Source: Escherichia phage A4
Sequence record: ON286972
Strand: one strand, 5' to 3'
DNA: 64,000 nucleotides
The translations under genes and the position numbers were made by a program. Under the pieces are notes generated by a model. That model made no database searches and had not been told where the DNA came from. It saw nothing but the letters and a program-made list of their open reading frames with translations. Positions 61,877 through 64,000 of the stretch are shown here, in pieces. Position 1 is the first letter of the stretch. Each line of letters opens with the position of its first letter.

Positions 61877-61948
61877 AATTTCCTCCTTTATTCATTATAC
61901 TATATTTAATACAAATAAGAAATGCCAGTACTCTGTACTGGCATTATA
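61877..61948 (-). repeat. conserved intergenic terminator/promoter/SD cassette
   Basis: same cassette family. Confidence 0.6.
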
Positions 61949-63091
61949 TTATTTCCACGGTAGAAGTGAATCAGGAACCCTTGTCGGTACATTTGTAGTA
62001 GACACCCCATCAAGATTTGGTACACCGCATGTATATAAATTATCAGCATCGTCAACTAACATCGTATAGTTATATCCCCTACAAAAACTACTAACATTAC
62101 GACCTTCTAATGCAGTAAGAATCATTTCAGTGAATGTTGTTATATTTGTCGAGGTTGAACCAACACCACATTGTCCATTTGAATTAAGACCACATAAAAA
62201 TAACTTATTATCATTTTTAATTATACAGGATGGTCCAGTAAGGTTTGTACCAAGCTCACCCACTAACTCTATTTCACCTTGGAATGCTAAATTTGGAATT
62301 AATGTACTCATAGGGGCTGGTGTTGTATTCCCAGTACCTGCTTGACCACGTTCGTTGGAAGATGCAACTTTAACTGTTCCATCACTAAGAAATATATAGG
62401 AAGTTTCAATTGTATTGACTGCTTTAATTGCAGTGCTGATAGAAGTTTCTTGTGTAAATCTTAGCACGTTTTGTGCTGACGTTCCCGATATAAACGTATT
62501 ACCTGCATACCAATATGTACCATCATTGAGTACTAATGCAGTACTTCGAATTGCACAACCAGCACTTCGAACATTTTCTATAGTACTGTACGTGAATTGT
62601 GAAACGCTTGCCGATGAACCATTTCCGAATACACCACCACTCCCAGCACCACAGAAGAACCACTTTCCATTTTTCAAAAATACACGCATACACGCAGATA
62701 TAACAATACTATCAATATCATCAGCACTGACACCGAAATCAGCAAAGTGCGATGTCACATCAACCCAAACACCGTTAGTGTTTGATGCAATTACTGGAAT
62801 AACAGAACTTGTACCAGTGTACCAAATAGTACCATCTTTCTTTATCGCTATTGTTCCTTGAACACCACCCCAATATCGTACAACATTTGTATTGACGAGA
62901 GTCCATGCGGTTGAAGAGTTCAATGAACCATTACCACCTTGACCATATGATGAAGAACCAAACCAATATAGATTACCATTGGTGTGTAAATAAAATTTGG
63001 CATCTGCCGAGCATTGTAACCTATTTTTTAATCGTGGTGCGGGTTCCGGTGCAATATTCCCGTACTCTAACATTCTAACAAAAGGTAACAT
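61949..63091 (-). CDS. RCC1-like beta-propeller protein with MLPFVRMLEYGN leader (array member 2)
   Basis: 380 aa; motifs GNLYWFGSSSYGQGGNG, NKLFLCGLNSNGQCGVG; only 12 bp (GGAGG SD) after upstream gene. Confidence 0.75.
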   Translation of the reverse strand: MLPFVRMLEYGNIAPEPAPRLKNRLQCSADAKFYLHTNGNLYWFGSSSYGQGGNGSLNSSTAWTLVNTNVVRYWGGVQGTIAIKKDGTIWYTGTSSVIPVIASNTNGVWVDVTSHFADFGVSADDIDSIVISACMRVFLKNGKWFFCGAGSGGVFGNGSSASVSQFTYSTIENVRSAGCAIRSTALVLNDGTYWYAGNTFISGTSAQNVLRFTQETSISTAIKAVNTIETSYIFLSDGTVKVASSNERGQAGTGNTTPAPMSTLIPNLAFQGEIELVGELGTNLTGPSCIIKNDNKLFLCGLNSNGQCGVGSTSTNITTFTEMILTALEGRNVSSFCRGYNYTMLVDDADNLYTCGVPNLDGVSTTNVPTRVPDSLLPWK

Positions 63092-63103
63092 AATTCCTCC
63101 ATA

Positions 63104-64000
63104 TTATTTAAAAACATACTGCGTATTAACACGAGTGCCATTGTCAAAACCAAGTACATAAAATATCTCAGCACTATTCTTAGAACCAAATAACGCACCA
63201 GTACTACTACTCAAAGTAGTATTAACCGCTAAGGGAATCCATATGTCTTCTTCTGCATCGTATCTCAATAAATTTAATGCACCATACGACACTGCATATA
63301 TATTTTTATCATATGTACTGTAACATATTTTACTAGGGTTATTACCACCAACTGGTGCTATGTTAGACCACACCGCACTTTGTATATGATATTTTTGTGC
63401 AGTACTAGTACCTTGACCAGTAATATATATGTAAGTACCATCCGTACACATATCACCACCTCCATTGTTATTTGTTCCATCACTTGTACCTAATGATGAC
63501 CATGTATTAGTACTTGGAGTATAACTGTATAACGAATTATTAGTAGGCGAACCCCACAAATATATCTTATCCCCAGCAGTAATCATCTTACTATACGCCA
63601 GTTGACTAGGCTTCCCAATACTGTTAGTGTTCAGAATCCATGTATTTGTACTTATATTATATACATAAAAATTATTACTACTATTACCTGAACCACCAAA
63701 CAAATATATTTTTCCCTGATAAGCACATAACGCACTACCAAATGTAGATACAGGTGCATTGGCTAATTGTGACCACGTTCTTGTAGTTAAATTAAAACTC
63801 CATAACTGATTATCCGTCTGCACCGCATTCTGTATACCACCAAATATATAAGCAATATTACTTTCCGCATCATACGTATAACCAAAGTTATTTCGTGCTG
63901 AAGGTACTGGTGATGTAGTAAATTGTGTTCGTACTCCACCATTTGGGCCAGGTAATGGACCTACATTCCCGAACTCAAACATTCTTACAAAAGGTAACAT
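63104..64000 (-). CDS. Kelch-like beta-propeller protein with MLPFVRMFEFGN leader (array member 1)
   Basis: start codon is the last 3 nt of the window; repeated ...TNTW/TRTW... blade motifs (STNTWILNT, STNTWSSLG, TRTWSQLA). Confidence 0.7.
   Translation of the reverse strand: MLPFVRMFEFGNVGPLPGPNGGVRTQFTTSPVPSARNNFGYTYDAESNIAYIFGGIQNAVQTDNQLWSFNLTTRTWSQLANAPVSTFGSALCAYQGKIYLFGGSGNSSNNFYVYNISTNTWILNTNSIGKPSQLAYSKMITAGDKIYLWGSPTNNSLYSYTPSTNTWSSLGTSDGTNNNGGGDMCTDGTYIYITGQGTSTAQKYHIQSAVWSNIAPVGGNNPSKICYSTYDKNIYAVSYGALNLLRYDAEEDIWIPLAVNTTLSSSTGALFGSKNSAEIFYVLGFDNGTRVNTQYVFK

Noticed and set aside
53430-62861. + strand ORFs inside the minus-strand propeller genes (53430..53627, 55162..55362, 57536..57757, 62130..62345, 62415..62861)
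   Set aside because: They are antisense to long, conserved, SD-preceded minus-strand genes and have no initiation signals of their own.
51217-64000. Diversity-generating retroelement or phase-variation system driving the variable propeller array
   Set aside because: No reverse transcriptase, template repeat or invertase/recombinase gene was found in the window. Variation is better explained by duplication and divergence, although such elements elsewhere in the genome cannot be excluded.

Overview
This window reads as a densely packed segment of a large, AT-rich virulent dsDNA phage genome, with T4-like hallmarks but unresolved exact affiliation. About 120 mostly small genes run on the + strand (0-64 kb), often with overlapping stop/start codons, followed by a convergent block of ten large minus-strand genes (51.2-64 kb). 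Recognisable genes are few: a C5 cytosine DNA methyltransferase interrupted by an intein with a LAGLIDADG homing-endonuclease domain (1119..3017), a sigma-70-family sigma factor (28409..29371), a DksA/TraR-type zinc-finger protein, a P-loop ATPase, and a clear homologue of T4 endonuclease V (denV, 44450..44887). A tRNA cluster (12.3-15.6 kb) holds seven tRNAs plus two irregular tRNA-like elements. The most unusual content is (i) a 13-kb tandem array of ten beta-propeller (RCC1-like/Kelch-like) paralogs, eight sharing the N-terminal leader MLPFVRMLEYGN and six separated by a conserved terminator/promoter/SD cassette; (ii) a family of at least 15 small acidic proteins with a C-terminal EE-x-Y-F-Q motif; (iii) nine copies of a terminator stem-loop that embeds a -35 box and is followed by a -10 box; and (iv) apparent strong over-representation of the palindrome AGTACT. 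No CRISPR array, rRNA, integrase or reverse transcriptase was seen. All calls come from reading the sequence and the ORF track (which uses ATG/GTG/TTG starts); several starts were moved to SD-proximal ATGs; coordinates of non-ORF features are hand-counted (+/- 2 nt); no database search was run.
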